A DNA stretch of 64,000 nucleotides, taken from NCBI GenBank assembly GCA_964607285.1, contig CAZSJW010000002.1, positions 5,669 through 69,668 of the forward strand. The letters are read 5' to 3'. The DNA is from an uncultured Pseudomonadales bacterium. Lineage in GTDB: Bacteria > Patescibacteriota > Microgenomatia > UBA1400 > PJMF01. Of this stretch, positions 18,835 through 27,898 are shown one piece after another; position 1 is the first letter of the stretch; every line of letters starts with the position of its first letter. The notes under the pieces are model-generated. The model worked only from the letters and a program-made list of their open reading frames with translations. It did not search any database and was not told the origin of the DNA. A program made the position numbers and the translations under genes.

Positions 18835-19530
18835 ATGAAAACTAAACAACAAAAACATCCTATCATTCCAGTAGAAACCGAGGATACAAAACTAACGAGA
18901 TATCGAGGGTTTGAGTTAAGAACCAAAAATAACCTTCCACTGGATCAGTGTGTTTCTGCACTACAGAAGGCAATTCGGAGAGGTTTAGAAGATCGAGCCT
19001 TATATTTTATGCAGGAATTGATTGATAGTGGGTTCGTTAATTACTTTTGGAGAAGGATGTCCATAATAGTGCTTGAAGACATTGGGCTTTCTGATCCACA
19101 GGCAGTAATAATGATTAACTCCCTTGCTCAAATGAATGAGCGTTTGAACCATAAGAAAGAAATCAGAGACACCTATTGCCCTGGAATGGCAGTCTTGTAC
19201 TTATGTAGGGCAAGTAAGTCTCGAGAAGTAGATTATGCACTGGATTGGATAGACCTCAAACGAAAAGAAGGATTTACAATAGAGCCTGAAGATTATGATC
19301 AGGATTGTCATACCCATGTCGGTAGAGAAAAGTTAAAACAAACTGCAAAGGAGACTGGTAAAACGTATGACGATCTTGTGGATGAGAAGTTCTATTACGA
19401 AGGCATATTAGCCAACAATCCTGTTTCAGTACAAAAAGATCGATGGAAAAAGAAGGTCTGGGATATCCGCAAGCTTGATGAAAAGAAAATAAACCTTAAA
19501 TATGAGGTGGACGAACTAAAAGAGGTCTGA
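18835..19530 (+). CDS. Stand-alone MgsA/RarA C-terminal-domain protein; the AAA+ ATPase module is absent
   Basis: SALQKAIRRGLEDRALYFMQELIDSG...RRMSIIVLEDIGLSDPQAVIMINSLAQMNERL...MAVLYLCRASKSREV tracks the RarA C-terminal block (SALHKS.RGSD.DAALYWLARML..GED...RRL...ASEDIGLADP.AL...A...RLG...LA.AV.YLA.APKSN). No Walker A/B motifs anywhere in the 231 aa. Confidence 0.5.
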   Translation: MKTKQQKHPIIPVETEDTKLTRYRGFELRTKNNLPLDQCVSALQKAIRRGLEDRALYFMQELIDSGFVNYFWRRMSIIVLEDIGLSDPQAVIMINSLAQMNERLNHKKEIRDTYCPGMAVLYLCRASKSREVDYALDWIDLKRKEGFTIEPEDYDQDCHTHVGREKLKQTAKETGKTYDDLVDEKFYYEGILANNPVSVQKDRWKKKVWDIRKLDEKKINLKYEVDELKEV

Positions 19531-19743
19531 TAGTGGGAGTTTTAGATTCTTTGCAATTTTTTGCAGTACTTCAACTGATGGCGTGTTTCTTCCTTGTTCG
19601 ATAAAGCCCATATACTGCCTACTGACTTTAATTTTATCTGCCAATTCTTCTTGAGTAAGTCCTATCTCTTTTCTTTTTCTTTGAATACGCTTACCTAATT
19701 GCTTTGGGAGAGTTGCATTTTTTCTCATACCTTTATTATTCAA
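19516..19743 (-). CDS. XRE/Cro-C1 family HTH transcriptional regulator
   Basis: 75 aa. LTQEELADKIKVSRQYMGFIEQGRNTPSVEVLQKIAKNL is a classic HTH_3 signature. Confidence 0.75.
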   Translation of the reverse strand: MNNKGMRKNATLPKQLGKRIQRKRKEIGLTQEELADKIKVSRQYMGFIEQGRNTPSVEVLQKIAKNLKLPLSDLF

Positions 19744-19844
19744 GGTATGTGCTCAATATCCACTAACTGCCACTTAGCAATTAGCCTGGAAAACCCTTTA
19801 CTTTTGATAACTAACAGTTATAATGGTTTTATATAAAAATACCT

Positions 19845-20393
19845 ATGAAAAAAGCAGTTTTAATCGGTGCAGGCATTTTAATTTTGGTCAGTATCGCCAT
19901 CAACGCAAGTATTCCAACAATTAAGAAAACTATTCTCACGGGGATGGAACAGGGGAAAATCACAATGAAAAGTAATACTTCTCCAAAAAACAAAGAGGAT
20001 GAGATTGAAAAGGCAGTTAAATCAGTCATAGATGACAAGCACCTAAAAGAGTTTAGCGTTATTCCTTTGGAAGATGGTAAATTCAATGTCACCGTTGCAT
20101 TTTATGTAGACGATTCTCAGGATTTAGCTGCATCAGCAGTAAAGTTAAAAACAACAGAGGTATTTGCTTCACTGTTCATCAATGATGTGGGAGTTAATGA
20201 AGTATGGGCTTTCGCTTGGTATCCTTATCAAAGCTCAGATGCTCAAATGGTATTAAAGTCCAAAATGAATAAAGAGTTAGCTGATAAAGCGGAGCACAGT
20301 AGCAAGATGACATTTCAGTATGATGCTGAACGACTAATGATTATCGAAAAATCCTCCTATACAGAGCTCCCTGTAAGCGTAGTGACTCCATGA
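19845..20393 (+). CDS. Hypothetical secreted/membrane-anchored protein
   Basis: 182 aa with an N-terminal hydrophobic signal (AVLIGAGILILVSIAINA). No motif recognised. Confidence 0.4.
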   Translation: MKKAVLIGAGILILVSIAINASIPTIKKTILTGMEQGKITMKSNTSPKNKEDEIEKAVKSVIDDKHLKEFSVIPLEDGKFNVTVAFYVDDSQDLAASAVKLKTTEVFASLFINDVGVNEVWAFAWYPYQSSDAQMVLKSKMNKELADKAEHSSKMTFQYDAERLMIIEKSSYTELPVSVVTP

Positions 20394-20499
20394 CAAATCC
20401 AATTCAATTCCAATAAAAGCCCAATACACTCCAGTACAGACTCCAATAATGTGCAGAAAATAGTCCAATAAAAAGCGTCGTTACAGGGGTCTTGTCTTG

Positions 20500-20775
20500 G
20501 ATGATACCGACAGTTTAAGGCTAAAATTACACGCCTCTGTATTGGAGGGCGTACCAGTTTATTGGATGATTACTCTCCTACTCAGAGTTGCCAATACTAC
20601 AATCGCTCCATGACACTCCCTGCACAACACCCTAAAACATCCTGATTTCACCCTGAACAGCCACATTTTTACTCCATGACAAAATGACCAAAATCAGGTG
20701 AGTGTAGACGATTTTAAGGCTAAATCGATACCCACCTGTCATGGGTGAGTATTTTTGTCATGGGTCATTATAGGT
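20500..20775. repeat. Non-coding region with direct and inverted short repeats (iteron-like; candidate origin or operator region of the element)
   Basis: Direct repeats TTTAAGGCTAAAAT (20514) and TTTAAGGCTAAATC (20713). Paired TGTCATGGGT copies at 20737 and 20757. The reverse complement CCATGACA occurs at 20608 and 20675. Inverted arms CCTGATTT (20641) / AAATCAGG (20691) and CAGGTG / CACCTG are also present. Confidence 0.45.
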
Positions 20776-20996
20776 CTATTCTACTGTGACATTTAGGCTT
20801 TCTGCTCCTTACTACTACCTTTTTAGTATCTTATTGCTTGAGTAAGCAGTCTTTCTAAAAACAGTATTAGTGTATTGATAGAAAGGATTTTGTTTATAAC
20901 TCAAGGCTAATTTACCTGTTGGCAAAAAGGATTATCCACACATAGAAAGGCCAAATTATAAAATGATGTATTTTGATATAATTCCCTCATATTGAT

Positions 20997-21884
20997 ATGA
21001 ATATAAAACCGATAGAAATTGATATTGAGGATAAAAGGTTGTACGCACAAATAGCGTTCTTAGTAGATAGTCCAACCTTTATTGATCGTAATATCCAGAG
21101 CATCCGAAAGAGGTTCAAGATCGAGTCCACTTTTGAGGCTGATGACTTTAATTCATGGGAAAATCATATTCTCACACTTGCTGGATATAATCTCGAAGAG
21201 TATTGGACGATGGATAAAGTAGGCTCTAATGCTAAAAATCCAGACGATAACGAATGGAAAAGAAAAATACAGTGGTTAAGAAGTACCCAAGCCAACTTTC
21301 TTAAAAAAGCATCTATTCAAAAGGATTTTATGGAGTCGATAGTTAAATTGAGAAAATTACATAATTATCCCCCTCTCTTTGATTCAGTAATCCAACAAGC
21401 CGTTCTTTTTCATCGAGTAACACATTTCAAAACTGCTGTGGGTACAGTCAGCTATGACACTCTGCCAATTTCCTCAAATAGTGATGAGGCAGTTATGGCT
21501 ATTATTGTCACACCTTTTTCTACGCAAGAAGATATTTTGTCAGCCTTTAACGAAGCTAAAAAATTAAAACATGAGTACGTTTTTACGAACCCTTTGGATG
21601 AAAAATTAGGAAAAGATACCATCCCTAACATCAGGCGTGATCGCGAATGGTATTGGCAAATTTTTAATGGAAAAAGACAGCATGACATTGCAGTTTCTGA
21701 GAATAAAGGAGCTGCTTATTATGCTGATGTGAAGAAGAAAATGAAATTTGCAGGAGATTTGCCAGATAAACAAAGAGCTGAGTACGAAAGATACATTGAA
21801 TACATCCGCAACTATACGGAAACAATCCGTAAGGCTGTCAAAAGATACGAGAAGGAACTTCACCGCCACTTAGTCTCCTCGTAA
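20997..21884 (+). CDS. Hypothetical protein (element cargo)
   Basis: 295-aa ORF directly after the repeat region. No motif recognised. Confidence 0.35.
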   Translation: MNIKPIEIDIEDKRLYAQIAFLVDSPTFIDRNIQSIRKRFKIESTFEADDFNSWENHILTLAGYNLEEYWTMDKVGSNAKNPDDNEWKRKIQWLRSTQANFLKKASIQKDFMESIVKLRKLHNYPPLFDSVIQQAVLFHRVTHFKTAVGTVSYDTLPISSNSDEAVMAIIVTPFSTQEDILSAFNEAKKLKHEYVFTNPLDEKLGKDTIPNIRRDREWYWQIFNGKRQHDIAVSENKGAAYYADVKKKMKFAGDLPDKQRAEYERYIEYIRNYTETIRKAVKRYEKELHRHLVSS

Positions 21885-21948
21885 CTGTCATAATTTCATT
21901 TTCACCTTCCCTTGCTAATCTGTACTCATACCAAATTGAGCACAGATT

Positions 21949-22191
21949 ATGAATACAGAAGATAGATATTACAAAACCAAATCCCTCATCCTCGCTGCGT
22001 ACCTCCTAACGACTAAAAAAGTCCCTTTTGCTGGCATCAACAAAGCTAATCCCCGAGAATCCATTTTTCTTTTTGAGAAACCTGACGTTTGTGAATCTCT
22101 GGTTAATGAGTATTGGCTGGATCGTGCTGTCGTAAATCCCAAAGAATTGAATGCTAAGTTGTCGGAACTTAAAGACCTAATTTTTAGCTAA
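21949..22191 (+). CDS. Hypothetical small protein
   Basis: 80-aa ORF. Confidence 0.25.
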   Translation: MNTEDRYYKTKSLILAAYLLTTKKVPFAGINKANPRESIFLFEKPDVCESLVNEYWLDRAVVNPKELNAKLSELKDLIFS

Positions 22192-22193
22192 CT

Positions 22194-22379
22194 ATGATAC
22201 TAACCATTAAAGAAGCACGAGAATTATTAGGAGAAAAAGGTAGTAAATACTCTGAAGGTGATTTAGAGGAGATTATCAATCTTTTCTCACATCTTGCTGA
22301 TCTAATTGTTGATCAGTATTTAGCTCAAAGAGCAATGGATAAGGAAGTGGAGCTTCTCCCTACAACGCCAGATACATAA
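22194..22379 (+). CDS. Hypothetical small protein
   Basis: 61-aa ORF, 2 nt after the previous stop. Confidence 0.2.
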   Translation: MILTIKEARELLGEKGSKYSEGDLEEIINLFSHLADLIVDQYLAQRAMDKEVELLPTTPDT

Positions 22380-22406
22380 CTCTGACGGATACAAATTGAA
22401 ATAAAC

Positions 22407-23141
22407 ATGGCAAACAGAAGAATGCTCAGTAAAAGCATATGCACATCAGAACAGGTCAACAGCCTCCCGCTTGAGTGCCAACTATTATTTAGCTGGATGA
22501 TTACTCATGCTGATGATGATGGAAAAATGAAAGGCGGTGCTCCTACAGTTCGTGGTTTGGTATTTCCAATGAAAGAGTACACCGTAATTCAGGTTGAAGA
22601 AATGCTCCAGAAGATTAAAGATGCTGGTCTTATTTGGAGGTGGGCTGTTGGAAATGAAACATTCATCCAATTTCCAAAATGGAAGCGCCATCAAAATATT
22701 CGCGCTGATAGGCATCATCCTTCAGAAATTCCATCGTTTGATAGTGATGGAAACCAATCGGATACCACTGGTATACCAAATGACAACCAAACTGATACCG
22801 AAGATAAGGAAATAAAAGATAGTGTAGATAAGGGTAATGAAAAAGAAAATAAACTATGGGAGAGGGAGTCTGAGGGAGAACCTACTCTCATTCCAACTTA
22901 CACACCTAAGTCAATGAGCGATCATGCAGCGTTAAGAGCTTGGAATACATTTGATAAAAAGCATCCAGAGCTATTAGAGACACGATATTTAATGCCGATT
23001 AAATCAGGTGTTAGAAGCACAGTTTTGATTACGATTACTAACGACATAATAAAAGATCACACGATTACCGATAAAGGAAAGGAGTTTGAAGAAAGAGTTA
23101 AAAAGTATATGAAACAAAACTCTATCGAACAGATTAAATAA
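22407..23141 (+). CDS. Hypothetical protein, possibly a phage/plasmid replication-associated protein
   Basis: 244 aa. Conserved-looking N-terminal half (…WMITHADDDGKMKGGAPTVRGLVFP…WKRHQNIRADRHHP) and an acidic low-complexity C-terminus. Placed between the repeat region and the serine recombinase. Function is inferred from context only. Confidence 0.3.
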   Translation: MANRRMLSKSICTSEQVNSLPLECQLLFSWMITHADDDGKMKGGAPTVRGLVFPMKEYTVIQVEEMLQKIKDAGLIWRWAVGNETFIQFPKWKRHQNIRADRHHPSEIPSFDSDGNQSDTTGIPNDNQTDTEDKEIKDSVDKGNEKENKLWERESEGEPTLIPTYTPKSMSDHAALRAWNTFDKKHPELLETRYLMPIKSGVRSTVLITITNDIIKDHTITDKGKEFEERVKKYMKQNSIEQIK

Positions 23142-23179
23142 CCGATATACTGTTAATAACTCTTACTTTCAGTTAGCAA

Positions 23180-24736
23180 ATGAACACAACTAAACAAAAT
23201 ACTAAAATGAGAGCCTGTTTGTATTTAAGGTTCAGTGATCCTAAACAAATTGGCAATACAAGCTTTGAAACTCAAGAACAGCTTTGTAGAAATGCTTGTC
23301 TTGCTGACGGATTCGAGGTGACTGAAGTAGTAAGAAATGAAGCTGTCTCAGCAGATAAAAATAAAACAGCAAGAATTATTGAACTGTTAGACTTTTGCAA
23401 GAAAAACAAAAGTAAATTTGAAGTTTTAATGGTCTTCAAGCTGGATAGATTTGCCAGAGGTCAGGAACAGCATCACTGGCTAAGGGGTCAGCTTACAAAG
23501 CTTGGAATCATACTTCGTTCAGCTACAGAGCGCATTGATGAGTCCCCATCTGGAAAATTAGTTGAGGGTGTTCTGGCTGCTGTAAATGAGTACGACAACG
23601 AAGTTAAACGGGAAAGAGTCAAATTGGCTATGTGGGCAAGGGTCGAACAAGGTTTATGGCCATGGGGTGCACCCACAGGGTATAAGGATGTACATCAGGC
23701 AGGAGTAAAGCTATCTCCGAAAGCAAAAGACGATAATGTGTGGGAGATCGTAAAGACAGAGATTTTTGAAAAGTATGCGACAGGTGTCGTAAGAAAAACT
23801 GATATTGCAAAAGTGCTACAAAAAAGAAAGATAAAAAACAATAAAGGTAGAATTATTAGGTTCTCAGAGCAATCAATTGATAATATCCTCAACAATATTT
23901 TCTACACAGGATACTTGGTAAACAAAGAAGGAAAATTCATTAAAGGTTTACATCAGCCAATTATTGATATGACTTTATTCGAAAGATGTAAGCAAGTCCA
24001 AATAGGGTTATCTAACCATGCTACCCAGAAAAGACAATATAATCATCCCGACTTTCCTCTGCGTCGTTTTGTGCAATGTGGTGAGTGCGGTAAGCCATTT
24101 ACAGCGTGTTGGGCTAAGTCTGGTCGCTATCCCTACTACTATTGTCGGAATAAAGAATGTCCCAAATTTTCCGTAAGTGTAAAAAAGGCAGATATTGAAA
24201 ATGAATTTCTTTCATATGTAAAAAATGTGAAGCCTGTGGATGATCTTGTACCAATTTTTAATAAAGTTTTTATTAGAAAGTATGAGATTAGAGAGAAAGA
24301 AATTAAGGGTGACTATCTACATAAGCTCAATGAAATCAAGTTACTGACAGATCAAGAGGATTACTTTGTTCAAAGTGGGAGAGATAAGATATTGCCTCCA
24401 AATATCGTAAAAAAGAATGTTGAAGATTTGGAACAAAAAATTACCATAGCCAAAATTGGATTAACAGAGATACACGCAGAAGAACTGGATGTAAACGCTA
24501 TGCTTATATTTGCAAGGGATTTTATTCGAACGATTGAATTTACCTGGTACTACGCTCCAATTGAGTACAAAGTCAAACTACAAAGGGCAATTTTCCCTGA
24601 AGGGCTGAAGTACCATTTTACAGGCTTTTCGAACTCCAAAATATCCCGTCCATTCAAGCTAATCAATGAAGTAGTAGATAAAAATTCAAATGTTGTGAGC
24701 CGAGAGGGACTCGAACCCCCGACCAGAAAGGTATAA
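23180..24736 (+). CDS. Large serine recombinase (resolvase/invertase catalytic domain + recombinase domain + zinc ribbon)
   Basis: N-terminus ACLYLRFSDPKQ...FEVLMVFKLDRFARG is a resolvase catalytic domain with the Ser nucleophile in the R-F-S-D context. Cys cluster CGECGKPFTACW...YYYCRNKECP. The last 13 codons are the complement of the tRNA 3' half. Confidence 0.8.
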   Translation: MNTTKQNTKMRACLYLRFSDPKQIGNTSFETQEQLCRNACLADGFEVTEVVRNEAVSADKNKTARIIELLDFCKKNKSKFEVLMVFKLDRFARGQEQHHWLRGQLTKLGIILRSATERIDESPSGKLVEGVLAAVNEYDNEVKRERVKLAMWARVEQGLWPWGAPTGYKDVHQAGVKLSPKAKDDNVWEIVKTEIFEKYATGVVRKTDIAKVLQKRKIKNNKGRIIRFSEQSIDNILNNIFYTGYLVNKEGKFIKGLHQPIIDMTLFERCKQVQIGLSNHATQKRQYNHPDFPLRRFVQCGECGKPFTACWAKSGRYPYYYCRNKECPKFSVSVKKADIENEFLSYVKNVKPVDDLVPIFNKVFIRKYEIREKEIKGDYLHKLNEIKLLTDQEDYFVQSGRDKILPPNIVKKNVEDLEQKITIAKIGLTEIHAEELDVNAMLIFARDFIRTIEFTWYYAPIEYKVKLQRAIFPEGLKYHFTGFSNSKISRPFKLINEVVDKNSNVVSREGLEPPTRKV

Positions 24737-24768
24737 GCTTTCCGCTCTACCGACTGAGCTATCGGCTC
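24696..24768 (-). tRNA. tRNA, 73 nt, anticodon UAU as read (AUA-decoding Ile-type, or another identity if the anticodon is modified); no encoded CCA
   Basis: Reverse complement GAGCCGA-T-A-GCTC-AGTCGGTA-GAGC-G-GAAAG-CTTATAC-CTTTC-TGGTC-GGGGG-TTCGAGT-CCCTC-TCGGCTC-A folds as a perfect cloverleaf (7-bp acceptor, 4-bp D stem, 5-bp anticodon stem, U33, A37, T-loop TTCGAGT). Confidence 0.75.
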
Positions 24769-24887
24769 ACGGTCGCTATTATACCCGCTGTCGATCTGTC
24801 TGGAAAGGACACGCCATAGATCCACTCCCTCTAGCCTTTCACTTGACTAAGCTGTAAACTGAGAGTTGAACTTTTTTGGAAAGATGT

Positions 24888-25928
24888 ATGTTCACAGTCA
24901 TTAAACGCCTCGGATTAACAATTAAAAAACGCTGGAAACTATCCCTGTTTGCATTACTAATACTTGGTGGTGCTGGATATTACTACTACCAGCAAGCACA
25001 AGCGGCTGCAATCCCAAAGTACAGAACTGAACAACCAACTCGCCAAGATCTAACACAAACTCTTGCAGTTTCTGGCATTGTTGATGCCAAAGAAAAAGCT
25101 CGTATGCGATTCATGGCGGGTGGGAAACTAACATATCTTGGAGCTCAAGAAGGTGCTGCAGTAAAAAAAGGGCAAACAATTGCAAACATCGACCAAGCAA
25201 CCCTGCAAAGGGAGCTTGAACAGCAGCTCAATCTTTACACACAAGAACGCTTGGATTGGGAGAACACACGAGACGGTATCAAGGACCGAGCGATCGATAC
25301 AACAGAAAATCGGAGTGTAGAACAAGAGCAGCTAGATCTGCGCAACACGGTACTCAGTGTCGAAACCAAAGACATAGCCATTCGCAACACTCGGCTCGTT
25401 GCACCATTTGCAGGCATACTTACGGTCAGTCCGTCTACTGTCACTGGTGTACAAATCCAGGCTACTGACTACTTTGAACTCATCAACCCTGAGAGCCTAA
25501 TCTTCCGAGGTGCTGTTGATGAAGCTGATATTGCCCTAGTACAACTCAACCAAACAGCTTCACTTTCCCTTGATGCCTTCCAGGACCGCAGTATTGAAAC
25601 TTCTGTAAGCTACATTGCACTTACCAGTAGCCAAGGAAATAGTGGGACTGTTTTTGCTGTTGAGTTTCCGCTTTCCTCCACCAGTCTGCAAGAAGGTGTC
25701 CGCCTCGGAATGAATGGTGATATTGAAATCAAACTAGCTACCGTACGTAATGCACTTACCATCCCTGTGATTGCCACTCGTGAACGGGAGGACAAAGTCT
25801 ATGTTGATATTGTCGAACCATCTGGAAGTTTGCGTGAACAAGAAATCACTGTTGGACTTGAAACTGAAGACTATGTAGAGATCCTTAGCGGTCTGCAAGA
25901 AAGCGATAGTATCGCTGTTCCAGAATAG
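24888..25928 (+). CDS. HlyD-family periplasmic adaptor (membrane fusion) subunit of a MacAB-like efflux system
   Basis: N-terminal TM (LSLFALLILGGAGYYYY), then coiled-coil and beta-barrel/lipoyl-like segments typical of membrane fusion proteins. Precedes MacB-like ATPase and permease genes. ATG at 24888; the ORF track uses a TTG at 24876. Confidence 0.7.
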   Translation: MFTVIKRLGLTIKKRWKLSLFALLILGGAGYYYYQQAQAAAIPKYRTEQPTRQDLTQTLAVSGIVDAKEKARMRFMAGGKLTYLGAQEGAAVKKGQTIANIDQATLQRELEQQLNLYTQERLDWENTRDGIKDRAIDTTENRSVEQEQLDLRNTVLSVETKDIAIRNTRLVAPFAGILTVSPSTVTGVQIQATDYFELINPESLIFRGAVDEADIALVQLNQTASLSLDAFQDRSIETSVSYIALTSSQGNSGTVFAVEFPLSSTSLQEGVRLGMNGDIEIKLATVRNALTIPVIATREREDKVYVDIVEPSGSLREQEITVGLETEDYVEILSGLQESDSIAVPE

Positions 25929-25934
25929 TTTCGT

Positions 25935-26690
25935 ATGAACTCACCAACGCCTCTGCTCCGTCTTGAGATGGTCAACAAGACATACACACTCGGAGACTCA
26001 ACTATCACAGCGCTAGATGCAGTCTCTGTAACGATTCACACTGGTGAGTTTATTGCAGTCATGGGCCCTTCAGGTTCAGGCAAATCAACGTTTCTGCAAG
26101 TAGCCAGCATGCTTTCAGAGCCAACTACTGGACAGATTTTTTTGCATGAAACTGACGTTACCCAGTATGATGAAATCGCCCGTGCTCGTTTACGAAACAA
26201 AGAAATTGGCTTTGTTTTTCAACAGTTTAATTTACTACCACGTACCAGTGCTATCGATAATGTCAGCTTGCCACTCATCTACGCAGGTATTGGAGCATCC
26301 GAGCGCAAAAAGCGAGCCATAGAGTTCTTAGAACTAGTTGGACTTTCTGATAGACTCCAAAACACCCCTGCCCAGCTATCAGGCGGACAGCAACAACGAG
26401 TAGCAATTGCCAGAGCACTGGTCAACCACCCATCAGTAATTTTTGCAGACGAGCCAACTGGCAACTTAGATTCAAAAAGTGGTGATGAAATTAAAGATCT
26501 ACTTACAACATTGCATAAACAAGGTAAAACTATCATCATGGTGACACACGAGGAAGATGTAGCAGCCATTGCTAAGCGATTAATCGTATTTAAAGATGGA
26601 AAAATAGTGCGTGACTCAGCCCATAGAGGTACAACTAAAACTAAGTCTAAAAAACAGCAAAGTGACCACATCAAGGTGAACATAGCATGA
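25935..26690 (+). CDS. ABC transporter ATP-binding protein (MacB/LolD-like)
   Basis: Walker A GPSGSGKST, Q-loop, signature LSGGQQQRVAIARAL, Walker B IFADEPTGNLD, H-loop VTHE. Confidence 0.85.
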   Translation: MNSPTPLLRLEMVNKTYTLGDSTITALDAVSVTIHTGEFIAVMGPSGSGKSTFLQVASMLSEPTTGQIFLHETDVTQYDEIARARLRNKEIGFVFQQFNLLPRTSAIDNVSLPLIYAGIGASERKKRAIEFLELVGLSDRLQNTPAQLSGGQQQRVAIARALVNHPSVIFADEPTGNLDSKSGDEIKDLLTTLHKQGKTIIMVTHEEDVAAIAKRLIVFKDGKIVRDSAHRGTTKTKSKKQQSDHIKVNIA

Positions 26691-27898
26691 ACGCCACATT
26701 CGTCTTCAGCATAGCGGTTAAAGCAATTCTCACCAATAAGTCTCGCTCATTTCTGACTACTCTTGGTGTCATCATAGGTGTGTGTTCAGTTGTGCTGCTG
26801 ACTTCCATTGGCAATGGTTTGCAAGCATACGTGACTGAACAATTCAACGATCTTGGCTCTAACAACATCATTATTCTCCCCGGAGACATTTTTGGTGAAG
26901 ACGGAGGCTTTAGCCAAGAAGGTCAAGAATCTGCTGTTGCTAACTCTAAATTAAAAATTTCAGATGTCCGCGAGATTGAACGCCTTCGTGAATTTATTGA
27001 GTTAGCTGCCCCAATTTCCCAACAATCTTCTACTGTTTCTTATCGCAGTGAGGACAAGCGTACAACAATCCTGGCTACAACGGCAAACTATGCCGAAGGA
27101 TACAACACTCCAACTATCAAAGGACGGTTTTTTTCAGAAGCAGAAGCTGATACGAGTAAACGCGTAGCTGTGCTTGGTTTCAAACTTGCAGATGAGCTAT
27201 TTGGCAACATCGACCCCATAGGCAAAAACATAAAAATTAGTGGGCAAACCTTTGAAGTAGTAGGTGTGGCAGAAGAAAAAGGGGGTGGCTTCGGTGGTCC
27301 TTCCTTTGACACCTATATTTACATGCCAATCAATACAGCATTTAAGCTCTTTGATACAGATTCAGTGGTACAAATTATTGCCAAGGCAAAAGACAAAGAC
27401 AGGCTAGAAGAATCCATACAAGCTATAGAGACAGTCATGGGTAAACGGCTCAAAGAAGATGAGTTCTCTGTTATTGATCAATCTCAAATTTTGGACACTA
27501 TTAATCAAATACTTGGGGTACTAACTGTTGGTCTGGGCGGAATAGCTAGCATTTCCTTAGTGGTTGGTGGGATAGGCATCATGAATATTATGTTGGTTTC
27601 AGTTACGGAGAGAACTCGCGAGATCGGCTTGCGAAAAGCCCTGGGAGCAACCCCAAACTTGATCTTGCTTCAGTTTCTGACTGAGGCTGCTCTTTTATCA
27701 CTGCTTGGTGGCTTGATTGGCATCGGATTAGCATACCTGGGTTCGCTTGCACTCCAGAGTGTGTTCCCTGCTAAGGTTACTATGGATGCTGTACTCTTGG
27801 CTTTTGGTGTTTCTACCGCTGTCGGGTTAGTATTCGGTGCAGCGCCTGCAAAACGTGCTGCCAACTTATCTCCAATTGAGGCTTTGCGATATGAGTGA
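26687..27898 (+). CDS. ABC transporter permease, FtsX/MacB-type (large periplasmic domain plus 4 TM)
   Basis: 403 aa. N-terminal TM, ~220-aa extracytoplasmic domain, and a C-terminal FtsX-like 3-TM bundle (…GGIGIMNIMLVSVTERTREIGLRKALGA…). Overlaps the ATPase stop by 4 nt. Confidence 0.8.
   Translation: MNATFVFSIAVKAILTNKSRSFLTTLGVIIGVCSVVLLTSIGNGLQAYVTEQFNDLGSNNIIILPGDIFGEDGGFSQEGQESAVANSKLKISDVREIERLREFIELAAPISQQSSTVSYRSEDKRTTILATTANYAEGYNTPTIKGRFFSEAEADTSKRVAVLGFKLADELFGNIDPIGKNIKISGQTFEVVGVAEEKGGGFGGPSFDTYIYMPINTAFKLFDTDSVVQIIAKAKDKDRLEESIQAIETVMGKRLKEDEFSVIDQSQILDTINQILGVLTVGLGGIASISLVVGGIGIMNIMLVSVTERTREIGLRKALGATPNLILLQFLTEAALLSLLGGLIGIGLAYLGSLALQSVFPAKVTMDAVLLAFGVSTAVGLVFGAAPAKRAANLSPIEALRYE

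Larger units (their letters stand above)
17854..24768. mobile_element. Putative integrative element with tyrosine and large serine recombinases, an XRE repressor and a repeat region, abutting the tRNA 3' end; boundaries not established, may extend left through the R-M/NTase operon to ~8.2 kb
   Basis: Two recombinases. The serine recombinase stop lies inside the tRNA gene. Cargo genes are hypothetical. An R-M plus CBASS-like defence cluster is immediately adjacent. Confidence 0.4.

Noticed and set aside
26279-26683. 134-aa minus-strand ORF inside the ABC ATPase gene
   Set aside because: Fully antisense to a gene with unambiguous Walker and signature motifs. No independent support.
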